Sequence record: PQ015378.1
Length of the DNA: 64,000 bases
Reading direction: 5' to 3' (one strand)
Part shown: positions 20,062-28,979 of the stretch, piece by piece
Layout: every line of letters begins with the position of its first letter
Numbering within the stretch: position 1 is the first letter of the stretch
Made by a program: the position numbers and the translations under genes
The notes under the pieces: model-generated
Told to the model about the DNA's origin: nothing
Seen by the model: the letters and a program-made list of their open reading frames with translations, nothing else
Database searches by the model: none

Positions 20062-21417
20062 ATGGCGAACTCAATCGTCCAACTCCCACTCGACTTGACG
20101 GGGACCAGCCCCAACAACTTGATTGGCTCAGAGGAACACCTACTGACCTCGATCTCGGGTTTCCCTTACCGAATCATCACCATGGAACACGGGGGCTTTT
20201 ATTCCAAGAGCCTGAAAGTGTTCGATGAGCAGTTCAATCGTCTTCGTCCTAATGTGGACTTCATCTGGACGTATCGGCATAAAGACCTATCCGCACGGAC
20301 AGGTCGTGACATCGCTTCAGCTATTGTGTTCCTGAACCACACGCTCCAAGGAAAAGTGTTCGTTCAAGCACAGATGGTCGGTGGTGATCTGGCATTCAGC
20401 TTCACGGTGGTGGAAGACTACATTGCCTTCTACAATACCAACCCACACGTTCCTGAGATCAACGACTACGATGGTGCAGAACCAATCTGGGGCCCTGGTG
20501 AACTTGCGAACAAACGTTGGGGTCTGGATAAGTACCAACCATTCAACAACGAACTGGAAAAGATCGGTCGTGCAATCACCCGTGGCGCTACAAACGCAGA
20601 GAACAATTACCGGGTTCATGTCCGGGATCGGTTCGATGCATTCATGGCCCGCTTCAATGATCGGTTACAGCGACACATCGACGACAAGAACGATCCTCAC
20701 GAGGTAACTCCTGAGCAGGTCGACCTGGGGTTGATCGGTAACTTCCCTGTGGCCACGCAGGCAGGCTCTGACACGGGTACTGCGAACGATCACCTGATGA
20801 CGCCTATGTTGGCCTGGACCACGATCAATCGTGCACCTATGACTTCCCTGGACAACCACATCGCACGTCGGGACAACCCACACGTGCTGAAGCCAGAGAA
20901 CGTCATCCCTGCGGTCGATCCAAAGCAAACCCAGACTAACAAACTGAATGGCCTCCACAATAAGACCGACACAGTTGATAACACACTCACTGTTTTCTGG
21001 GCAGGTAAGTGGATGGACTCGACCGAGTTCCTGATGGACCATCTCCGTAAGAATCTCGATACCTCGACATTCTCTCAGGGTGTGTTGGAACCGGACCAGA
21101 TCACATATGGTCAATTCGGTCCAACCCGTCTCCTGCGTGGCGATGGTAGCTGGGCTGATATCATGCAGCTCCAACCAGAATACGGGACGACTGGTGATTC
21201 CAAGGTACTGCAGATGGGTCCAATGGGATCTACCGCGAACGCAATCGCTGTGCTCAACGCTTCCTTCTCTAACCTGTCAGCATACCCGATCGGCACAGTT
21301 GCTTTCTTCACGGTCTACACCGGGTTGTGGCAGGGTCAGGGTAACGGTGCTGGCGTGTACTACTTCAACATTCAATACGCGGCTGGCCGCACAACTGGTG
21401 GCTGGAGACAGCTCTAA
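20062..21417 (+). CDS. Tail fibre paralogue (gp133-like)
   Basis: 451 aa; N-terminal LPLDLTG..PNN motif and NPH repeats. Confidence 0.8.
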   Translation: MANSIVQLPLDLTGTSPNNLIGSEEHLLTSISGFPYRIITMEHGGFYSKSLKVFDEQFNRLRPNVDFIWTYRHKDLSARTGRDIASAIVFLNHTLQGKVFVQAQMVGGDLAFSFTVVEDYIAFYNTNPHVPEINDYDGAEPIWGPGELANKRWGLDKYQPFNNELEKIGRAITRGATNAENNYRVHVRDRFDAFMARFNDRLQRHIDDKNDPHEVTPEQVDLGLIGNFPVATQAGSDTGTANDHLMTPMLAWTTINRAPMTSLDNHIARRDNPHVLKPENVIPAVDPKQTQTNKLNGLHNKTDTVDNTLTVFWAGKWMDSTEFLMDHLRKNLDTSTFSQGVLEPDQITYGQFGPTRLLRGDGSWADIMQLQPEYGTTGDSKVLQMGPMGSTANAIAVLNASFSNLSAYPIGTVAFFTVYTGLWQGQGNGAGVYYFNIQYAAGRTTGGWRQL

Positions 21418-21425
21418 GGTGAAAC

Positions 21426-22817
21426 ATGAATCCAGTCTTACACACGTTGCCACTTGACTGGTCGGGTGAGTCGCTAGACAACCGAATTCCAAGTGAGTGG
21501 CATGATCTTTCGGATCAATACGATCTCCCTTTCCGAGTGATCGTCTTACGACACGGCTATTTCTTTGCCGAGTCGCTTCGGATCATGGATGGTAATGGTT
21601 ACGAGCTCAAGAAAGATCTCGACTACCAAACCGTCGCATTCAACGGTGAGGCAGCTGAGAAGATCGCTGAGCCAGTTTGTGGTGTTATCGCAATCACTAA
21701 CCCGCATGTACACTACATCGTTCGTGTAACCGCGCAGATGCTGGGTGGCCCTTACTGTTCTGTGGTACCATCGATTGCAGAAGCAGCTAAAGGTCTTTTG
21801 AACACAACACGGAAGATTCACTGGAACAACATCACCGGCAAGCCAGACGACTTCCGTCCGAACGGACACCTACATGCACTCTGGGAACTCTATGGGTTTA
21901 CCCCACAGGTACTCCAGCTGAAGCGCATGACTGCTGGCTTCGAAGCTATTGTCCAGAAAGACTTCGATGGTTTACAGCAACAGTTCGACCAAGAGATGCT
22001 TGGTATGGAATTGCTGTTGGATGAGGTTGAGGCACAACTGACGGCACACATCGCCGACACAGTGTCCAACCCACACCGTGACCACAAGTCGAAGTTGATC
22101 CCATCCTTGGGCAATGTTCAGAACCAACCGCTGGCAATTGATTCTGAGGCACGCCTTGCTGATAGCTCCGTAATGAATCGCTACGCCACGCCGTATTCGA
22201 TGGGTGTGTCTATCAAGGCTAACTTCTGGGATAAGTTCAACGAACACGTAGCTAACGTGGTAAACCCGCACAACGTTACGGCTGCGCAGCTGAATGCGTA
22301 CACCATCGGCGAGTGGAACAACTTAGCGCAGCTGTATGTTCCTTTGCATGCCACCACACGGTACTCCAATCGGATCTATGGTTTTACTCCGAACGAATAT
22401 TTTGTGAGAACCCGTTCGAATAACCATACGAACCAGATCTACACTGCATTCGGTCGAGTACCACCAGTTCGCTTCTCCAACCTGAGCTACTGGCCGGGTC
22501 GTGACTACTACCTGGCACCAGACCAGAACTGGTACCAGATCTCGCCTAAGTTCAAAGCATTTGAAGTTCTGCCAACCAAACTTATTCCGATGTACGGATC
22601 GGTTGTTGGTAGTTATGCTGCAGCCATTGCGGTGTGTAACGCGTCGCTTGCGGATTGGACTCTGTATCCACCAGGCACTATCGCTCTATTCAACATGCCA
22701 ATTTCGCGTTGGATCGGTACTGGTAACGGTGGGGACATCAAGACAACAACCCAGAACGTTGCGATCATTGTTCGAAATGCCGCGTACCAATGGGTAACCA
22801 CTACAGGACCTGTCTAA
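21426..22817 (+). CDS. Tail fibre paralogue (gp134-like)
   Basis: 463 aa; same architecture as the 20062 ORF. Confidence 0.8.
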   Translation: MNPVLHTLPLDWSGESLDNRIPSEWHDLSDQYDLPFRVIVLRHGYFFAESLRIMDGNGYELKKDLDYQTVAFNGEAAEKIAEPVCGVIAITNPHVHYIVRVTAQMLGGPYCSVVPSIAEAAKGLLNTTRKIHWNNITGKPDDFRPNGHLHALWELYGFTPQVLQLKRMTAGFEAIVQKDFDGLQQQFDQEMLGMELLLDEVEAQLTAHIADTVSNPHRDHKSKLIPSLGNVQNQPLAIDSEARLADSSVMNRYATPYSMGVSIKANFWDKFNEHVANVVNPHNVTAAQLNAYTIGEWNNLAQLYVPLHATTRYSNRIYGFTPNEYFVRTRSNNHTNQIYTAFGRVPPVRFSNLSYWPGRDYYLAPDQNWYQISPKFKAFEVLPTKLIPMYGSVVGSYAAAIAVCNASLADWTLYPPGTIALFNMPISRWIGTGNGGDIKTTTQNVAIIVRNAAYQWVTTTGPV

Positions 22818-24148
22818 ATGGGTATCACATTCATTCCGACGGACTTCACGGGAAAGCTCCGGCTAACCTTCGTACAGATGAAGTTCATCAGCTCATCACT
22901 GTGCAGAATCGTAAGAACCGTGCGTTTGTTTGTAAGCATGGTGCTTTCTATTCTGCGTCGATGAAAGTACGTGACGCCTCCGGCCGGTTGCTGGATCCAG
23001 GCGTCGATTACACCACAGTTTACCATTATGCAGACGTGTCCAAGTTGACAGGTAAGGAAGTGATGGGATTCGTGGTGGTAAAGAACAACGCGGTGCAGTC
23101 ACCTGTGCGGGTTACTTACCAAGCACTGGGTGGTCCATTCTCGATCAACGCGGATGAACTGCGTGAGTTGCTTGACGCTATCGATGAAACCAAGTTCCCA
23201 TTTAAGTGGGGTGATATCATCGGTAAGCCAACTGCATTCAAGCCTTCGCCACACACCCATGAATACTGGCAGCTCTACGGACTCGATACCACGGTGATCG
23301 AGATCTATCGGTTGGCCAAAGCCTGGGAATACGGTAACAAGGCGGTGATGAACGAGAACCACAGTTACGCTGACTCGTACATCCAACTCGCTCGCGATGA
23401 GATTAACAAGTATCAAGCGGCAGTGAACGCACACTTGCGGGATTTCCAGAACCCACACCGACTTACCACTCTGCAAGTTCAGCGTGAGAAGTTGAATAAC
23501 TGGGGTTTCTCTGGAGTATTCCACATCGCAGACAAAACAAACAACAACACCTATCTCCCGATCGGTGGTGTGTTCCAGATCATGAACACCGAGTTGTTGC
23601 CGAAGATGGATGCCCACATCAAGAACTTCAACAACCCACACCAAAACACGGCTGACCAAGTAGGTGTGTGGACGAAGGGTTACGTTGATAACGAGCGCGC
23701 GAAGAAACTCCTGTGGACGGAACCGTCTTACAACTCCACCAACTTCGGTGGTATTAGTGAGTCGATCTACTCCAATGCGGCTCGTACCGCGATTCCTGCT
23801 TCAGAAATCATTTCTGGGCGCTTCCCCCAGTATCAGGTCGGCACGGGTTGGGACGGTAGTGATCCAACAAGTTGGTTGCTGGCTGGCGACAAGACCTGGA
23901 AGCACTGGTCGACATTCTTGAAACCAATCAATGATGCTCGCGGGAAGGTAGCTAGTATTGGTGTAGTCGGTTCTGCTGCCCAAGGTCTCGGTATCCTCAA
24001 TAGTGCATTCGCTGATTTGACCCGCTGGCCTAGTGGTTCCCAGGCAATCGCGCAATGGCACCATGCCCCATATGGCACCCACCAGTATGACGTGCTAGTT
24101 TATGCACGCGAGAACGGTAACTGGGTGTATAAAGCCACAACTCAATAA
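22818..24148 (+). CDS. Tail fibre paralogue (gp135-like); natural start ATG22818 requires a -1 shift at 22850-22856
   Basis: Body in the 22790 frame is paralogous to the two upstream fibres; the family N-terminal motif is restored only by MGITFIPTDFTGK plus APANL... Confidence 0.7.
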
Positions 24149-24158
24149 CAGGTGACAC

Positions 24159-24725
24159 ATGTACAGTCAAGAAATCATGAAAGCGATCGGGGAAGTTCCG
24201 GTTGAAACGAATGCAGTTCTAGCATTCAACCGCATTGGCGGAGCATTCTTCTTCAGCGTCGCCAACGTAAAGATCGAAGATCTGTCGGGTGAAGAACATC
24301 TGGTTTATGTGGAAGCGAATTTCAACGCAACCACCCAGGAGGTTATCGGGAATTATCCCGATCACCAGATCGTCAACAAGTCCGACCTTCCCGAAAAGAT
24401 CTATGAGTCCGAGCTTGATAAGCAGATGGCACAGAAGATCACCAAGGTATACCCTCTGGCCGAACAGGTGAACATCCTTGGCCGTGCAATCCAAGTCCTC
24501 GCAAAAGAACACAACATCGTTCTTGAGGAACTGGAAGAGATGTTGGATTACATCCAACTTGCCCGTGAAACCAACCGTGAACAGAAGGTCTCGTATGCAG
24601 CCGATCCTGGATACCAGTACATCAGCAATGATGAACTTGAAAGAAAGAACGAAGAACTTTACGCCGGTGGCCTACACGAGGTCCTCGGTCCGCGAGAGAT
24701 CACAGGTGGTCGCGTTTTCCACTGA
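24159..24725 (+). CDS. Putative tail fibre assembly/chaperone-like protein
   Basis: 188 aa directly after the fibre genes; I..vYP..eQ.NI motif resembles fibre-assembly proteins (recall). Confidence 0.55.
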   Translation: MYSQEIMKAIGEVPVETNAVLAFNRIGGAFFFSVANVKIEDLSGEEHLVYVEANFNATTQEVIGNYPDHQIVNKSDLPEKIYESELDKQMAQKITKVYPLAEQVNILGRAIQVLAKEHNIVLEELEEMLDYIQLARETNREQKVSYAADPGYQYISNDELERKNEELYAGGLHEVLGPREITGGRVFH

Positions 24726-25158
24726 CATCGCAAAAGTAATTCGTGACGTCCTGGAAGAAATCCCCGATGGGTATTGGGTCAACCGTAAGAAGATAAACAG
24801 TATACCAACTGAAGGGATTACGGATGCCGATTACTGGTTCTTGGGTGACCGACAAATGCCCAAGGAACTACGTGAACTGTTGTGGGGGTTGGCCCCCACG
24901 ATCGAGCGCGTTCCTTTAGGGGAAGTTTGTGTTAATCGTTATGAGCCAGGTAACGGAATGCCAGAGCATATCGATCGCGCTTACTATCGTCACAACATGG
25001 TTATTGCTTTGAATGACGATGGAGACGGAATCGAGATCAATGGTGTCTTCTATCCTGACTCGCCTGGTAAAGGAGTGATCTTCCCGATCAAATCTGAACC
25101 ACATAAAGTTCCCCCGGTGGCTACACGACGTTACGTCATCATCTTCCTTTACAGCTAG
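24706..25158 (+). CDS. 2OG-Fe(II) dioxygenase-fold protein
   Basis: GTG24706 with GAGAG RBS; VNRYEPGNGMPEHID...HKV...R gives the HxD...H triad and 2OG-binding Arg. Confidence 0.7.
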   Translation: MVAFSTDIAKVIRDVLEEIPDGYWVNRKKINSIPTEGITDADYWFLGDRQMPKELRELLWGLAPTIERVPLGEVCVNRYEPGNGMPEHIDRAYYRHNMVIALNDDGDGIEINGVFYPDSPGKGVIFPIKSEPHKVPPVATRRYVIIFLYS

Positions 25159-25166
25159 GTAAAGCC

Positions 25167-25670
25167 ATGTATACCAAACTCCCTGCACTGACAGAAGCAC
25201 AAGTGGAAGATCTTCTGAAGCTCCAAACGGAACTCAAGATGACAGACGCTGTGGGTCACCGTGTTCGTATTGGTGCCAACGCACCAAACAAAATGAGTAA
25301 GTACTCTTACTCACGTTGGTTCTCCTGGACTCGACATCAGCGTGCGCTGTACAAGTCAATCATCCCAGAACACATCGTTTCCCGATCCCTACAATGCTGG
25401 TTCCTCAAGTTTGACCCAGTAGTTGGTTTCCTGGACGAGATGACAGTATGGGTTGGTAAAGCATCCAGTGGTACCGTTATCGCTTACGCTCTCCAAGACG
25501 GAATGTCTATCACGTTGGACAATGGTCATCGTGTACACGTCCCTAAAGGCGAGGGTATCTCATTCCACCTTTCCACCGTCCATGAAGTTCCCCCAACCAA
25601 ACAGGGCGGGCTGTGGGCATGTGTAATGATTCGCGGTTGTCATTCAACTTGCCAACATGAACCCAAATAA
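25167..25670 (+). CDS. Degenerate cupin/2OG-oxygenase-fold protein
   Basis: 167 aa; FLKF.P..GFLDEM...GEGISF..STVHEV...W pattern keeps the distal His but lacks HxD. Confidence 0.5.
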   Translation: MYTKLPALTEAQVEDLLKLQTELKMTDAVGHRVRIGANAPNKMSKYSYSRWFSWTRHQRALYKSIIPEHIVSRSLQCWFLKFDPVVGFLDEMTVWVGKASSGTVIAYALQDGMSITLDNGHRVHVPKGEGISFHLSTVHEVPPTKQGGLWACVMIRGCHSTCQHEPK

Positions 25671-25679
25671 GGATCTCCC

Positions 25680-26579
25680 ATGTCAATCCTTGACCAACAG
25701 GTAGTCAACGTAACTCGTACCGCTGTAGGTGCGTTGCTGCAAACTGTCAAATTCTTCGGCCTGCCAAACAAGCTGGCCCTGAAACCGAACTCCACCCTCA
25801 ACCAGAAATTCAACGTTCAGAACAACGTCATGCCCGCCGACACGCAGACGCTGAACTTCAAGTATCTGGTTATCGGTAACCAAGGTCACTATACCGTCCG
25901 TGCCGATGACGGCTCGGATGAAACCGATGTAGTGCCACACCGCACCAACCACAACGGTCTGTACAACCACATTCCGTTCGTACTCCGTGAAGTCGGTGAC
26001 GACCTCACCGCACTGGAACGCGAGAAGTATTGCCTGCGCACTACCGTGGAAATCAAAGGCAAGCAGTACATCGCCTACTACGGTCGTCGTCTGAACACTT
26101 CCGGTGTAAACCCACAGGTCCTCGAAGTGACCGTAATCAACGGTATCGAGACCACCAAGGTTTACAACTTCGAACTCGAAGACCTTAACCCGAAACGTCC
26201 TCTGGTACCGAACACCGGTACAGTCGTCGGTTCCAACCAGTTCATCGCTGCTTCGGCAATCCTGGAAGTGAAGTTCACCAAAGAAGACATCGCTGAGATC
26301 GTCAACGCGCACCGCATCCGAACTGGTTCTACCCGTTCCCCAGTGATCTCCGAAATCGGTCTGGTGACAGGCGTGGACAAACTGGTTCAGGGTTCTGCTG
26401 GTGGCGCTGGTTCGATCGAGTACAACGAAGTCATCGGTGCACAGATCGCTGTCCACGTTTCGACCAACCACCCGATCGCTTACAACTCGAACGGCTTGAC
26501 CATGGTTTACGACGTCGGTGCTTCCGAACCTGTCCTGGGCGACAAGGCTCTCAACGTAGCTGAGTTCGCAAGGACCTAA
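25680..26579 (+). CDS. Virion structural/baseplate protein (gp139-like)
   Basis: 299 aa, strong codon bias, AAGGA RBS; YLVIGNQGH, HIPFVLR and ISEIGLVTG motifs recalled from the family. Confidence 0.8.
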   Translation: MSILDQQVVNVTRTAVGALLQTVKFFGLPNKLALKPNSTLNQKFNVQNNVMPADTQTLNFKYLVIGNQGHYTVRADDGSDETDVVPHRTNHNGLYNHIPFVLREVGDDLTALEREKYCLRTTVEIKGKQYIAYYGRRLNTSGVNPQVLEVTVINGIETTKVYNFELEDLNPKRPLVPNTGTVVGSNQFIAASAILEVKFTKEDIAEIVNAHRIRTGSTRSPVISEIGLVTGVDKLVQGSAGGAGSIEYNEVIGAQIAVHVSTNHPIAYNSNGLTMVYDVGASEPVLGDKALNVAEFART

Positions 26580-26582
26580 TCA

Positions 26583-27230
26583 ATGCTTAGAATGCCGGAG
26601 AATTCAGAGCCATTTAAAATCTTGGCTCTCGACCCAGGCTCTTCGCATTGCGGTGTTAGCATCATCCTGGATAACCTGGATGGTTCAGATCTGGTGATCA
26701 GTGAATCCTTTACTGTTCACCTCAAGGACACCAACCCGTTATATGCGGAGTTTGGAGATCTTCATGGTAATCGCGTAGTGCGCTTGATGCAGCTTGGGGA
26801 TGCGGTCTTAGACCTCCTGAGAACGCACAGGCCGCACGCTGTCATCGTGGAGGCTAACTACCTAGGACGTTTCGCTACCGCCTTCGCAGCGCTCGTAGAG
26901 TGCGTTGCGATGGTGCGTAGTTCTGTGTACACGTACGACCCATTCATGCCTCTGTATTCTGTCGATCCTTCCACCGTGAAGATTAACATCGGTATTGAGC
27001 GTGTGAAGGGAACTGACAAAGAAGATGTTCGTCGAGCTATTCGCTTGCGGAAGAATCTTCAGTGGCTCGTGAACCTAGATGAACTAGACGAGCATGCTGT
27101 CGACGCCTGTGCTATTGGCGTTTATTGTGCTGAACACATAACCCCTAGGGTAACTCCTAAAGCACCTCCGAAGAAAGTGAAGGTGAAGAAGGAACGGAAG
27201 AAGCGAAAGCGCAGAGGTAAGAGACGATGA
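26583..27230 (+). CDS. ruvC: RuvC-like Holliday junction resolvase
   Basis: ILALDPG..G, IVE, P..VK, KEDV and DA.AI catalytic motifs; basic C-terminal tail. Confidence 0.85.
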   Translation: MLRMPENSEPFKILALDPGSSHCGVSIILDNLDGSDLVISESFTVHLKDTNPLYAEFGDLHGNRVVRLMQLGDAVLDLLRTHRPHAVIVEANYLGRFATAFAALVECVAMVRSSVYTYDPFMPLYSVDPSTVKINIGIERVKGTDKEDVRRAIRLRKNLQWLVNLDELDEHAVDACAIGVYCAEHITPRVTPKAPPKKVKVKKERKKRKRRGKRR

Positions 27231-27742
27231 GTTTCTTCAAAGGTATTCAATGGTTCGAATGGCTCCTGATCGGCGTAGTTATCGCGATGCTTGGAGCAGG
27301 TTACATCCTCTGGGACAAATACGAGAAGAAGGTTGAGCAAGTGGGTTCTGCCCAAGTGACCAACTCAGTACTCTCGGAAACGGTGAAATATAAAGACGCG
27401 TCGGCTACCATCACTGACGAAGTTGTCACCTCCTTTGTCCAATCCCAAACTGATGAGAAGGCTGAGCTGGAACAGTCACGGAAAGGAGTGATTGATGAGT
27501 ACATTGACTTGGCAACCAGAGATGCAGAGCCGACCACGCCTGCCGTCCCTGTTGCGGAAACCCCTAAGGTGGGTAGCACCCCGCCTAAAGCTAACACCAC
27601 CAACCGGTCCACTGGGCCTGTTGATGATACTTCTCGTATTGGTGTTATTGCTGAACGGATGCACCAGCACTACTGCAAAGCCACTGACGGTAGTGGAGAC
27701 AATTGCTCCACCGTCGGTACTGACACAGCAGTGCTACGTTAG
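27227..27742 (+). CDS. i-spanin (Rz-like)
   Basis: N-terminal TM, coiled-coil, C-terminal Cys pair; upstream of the endolysin. Confidence 0.7.
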   Translation: MSFFKGIQWFEWLLIGVVIAMLGAGYILWDKYEKKVEQVGSAQVTNSVLSETVKYKDASATITDEVVTSFVQSQTDEKAELEQSRKGVIDEYIDLATRDAEPTTPAVPVAETPKVGSTPPKANTTNRSTGPVDDTSRIGVIAERMHQHYCKATDGSGDNCSTVGTDTAVLR

Positions 27743-27965
27743 TAAACCACCGACCGAAGCTGAGATCAAACATGCCCGCGAACGTTATCGCGTGGTAGGT
27801 GTGATGTCTGACTGGGAAGCACGGTTTCTGTTGATGTCTGATCATTGGCTCCTGCAAACAGATGCCATCGGCGCTTGCAACAAGCAGCTGAAGGCTACCC
27901 GTGAATGGGTAAACAAACATCGTGGTTTGGAGAAGCCTCATGAAACTCTCGGAAATTCTAAATGA
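27624..27965 (+). CDS. o-spanin (Rz1-like lipoprotein), overlapping the i-spanin in the +1 frame
   Basis: MILLVLVLLLNG-C lipobox (Cys codon at 27660); classic overlapped architecture; exact start uncertain. Confidence 0.7.
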   Translation: MILLVLVLLLNGCTSTTAKPLTVVETIAPPSVLTQQCYVSKPPTEAEIKHARERYRVVGVMSDWEARFLLMSDHWLLQTDAIGACNKQLKATREWVNKHRGLEKPHETLGNSK

Positions 27966-28338
27966 GATCGATCAATCACCGATCTCGACGCACCAGATGG
28001 CTGCCCACATTGTGGGTTACCTGAACAGCGCGTTGCAGTTAATCGGTGATGCCGTCATCGGTCCAGAAACCACGGGGGCTGCAGCCATCGCTGCGATCTA
28101 TAAGGCACCTCGTGAAACTCAGGATGAGGTCTTCGCTAAAGACTTCACTCCCTTGCGTAAGAAAGATAGTTACAAAGTGACTGTATTAGGACTGTCAGGC
28201 CTGGCTGTATTCGCAGGACTGGGCTTTGCCGGTACAGTTGCCAAGTTGGAAGGTCAAGCCGCCGACGGATTCTTTGACGTGTTCAAGGTCCTGATCAGTG
28301 GTCTGTTTGAGATCGCTAAGCTGGTTCTTTCAACTTGA
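27940..28338 (+). CDS. Putative holin/membrane protein
   Basis: GGAG RBS; two hydrophobic or amphipathic segments at the C-terminus; lies in the lysis cluster. Confidence 0.5.
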   Translation: MKLSEILNEIDQSPISTHQMAAHIVGYLNSALQLIGDAVIGPETTGAAAIAAIYKAPRETQDEVFAKDFTPLRKKDSYKVTVLGLSGLAVFAGLGFAGTVAKLEGQAADGFFDVFKVLISGLFEIAKLVLST

Positions 28339-28348
28339 AAATAATACT

Positions 28349-28373
28349 GTCCGTCCCTTTATGGGGCGGACTT
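28349..28373 (+). terminator. GC hairpin (approximate coordinates)
   Basis: GTCCG-CCCC...GGGGCGGAC inverted repeat flanked by AATA and TATT. Confidence 0.6.
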
Positions 28374-28425
28374 TATTATGCTATGTGGGTTAATCAACAA
28401 TGTGACCACAGGACTGAGGTTTAAC

Positions 28426-28968
28426 ATGATCGCAATTTCAGATCGTTTCCCGTATGACATGCCGTCCCGTGATGCACTCGTGACGCAGATCAACATCGAC
28501 TTGAAACGGAATTACAAGCCCGATCAAGTAACATTCGAAGACATGTTCTTCGCGCCACTACCTGCCATCCCTGGTCGTACGTTCATCGAGATGATCGACA
28601 AGCTTACCGGCTTGAAGACTTACTTCGTATATCGTCGTCTGGATCTGGCACACCCAAAGGCACTGGGCACCAACACCAAGATCAAGGTTCTGGGTCTTCC
28701 GACTCCGGCCAGTATCGCACAAGAAATCAACCGTTCCCGGAAGATGTCTTTCGGACCGGATGACATCTCGTTCTCGACTACCGTGATCCAACACGATCAA
28801 GACACCTTCGTCTATCGCCTCAAAGCGATGACCGGCAGTTACGCTTACTACGGTGAGACTGACATTCTGGTTGAAGTCGTGGAAGCCAATCCATGGGCTC
28901 GTTACCTGGAAGATGGTGATAACCGTCTGATGGAAACCGGCGAGATCCGAGAACTCGAACACAGCTAA
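28426..28968 (+). CDS. Virion structural protein (gp143-like)
   Basis: GAGG RBS before ATG28426; TATG just upstream; ends with R-x-L-E-D-G-like repeats. Confidence 0.7.
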   Translation: MIAISDRFPYDMPSRDALVTQINIDLKRNYKPDQVTFEDMFFAPLPAIPGRTFIEMIDKLTGLKTYFVYRRLDLAHPKALGTNTKIKVLGLPTPASIAQEINRSRKMSFGPDDISFSTTVIQHDQDTFVYRLKAMTGSYAYYGETDILVEVVEANPWARYLEDGDNRLMETGEIRELEHS

Positions 28969-28979
28969 GGAGCACTAAC

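Noticed and set aside
17383-24148. Diversity-generating retroelement acting on tail-fibre tips
   Set aside because: No reverse transcriptase and no near-identical adenine-mismatched TR/VR pair seen in the window; paralogue tips are too divergent.
24478-24705. Long overlapping 5' extension of the oxygenase ORF
   Set aside because: It overlaps the 24159 gene by about 250 nt; GTG24706 with an RBS gives a normal domain boundary.
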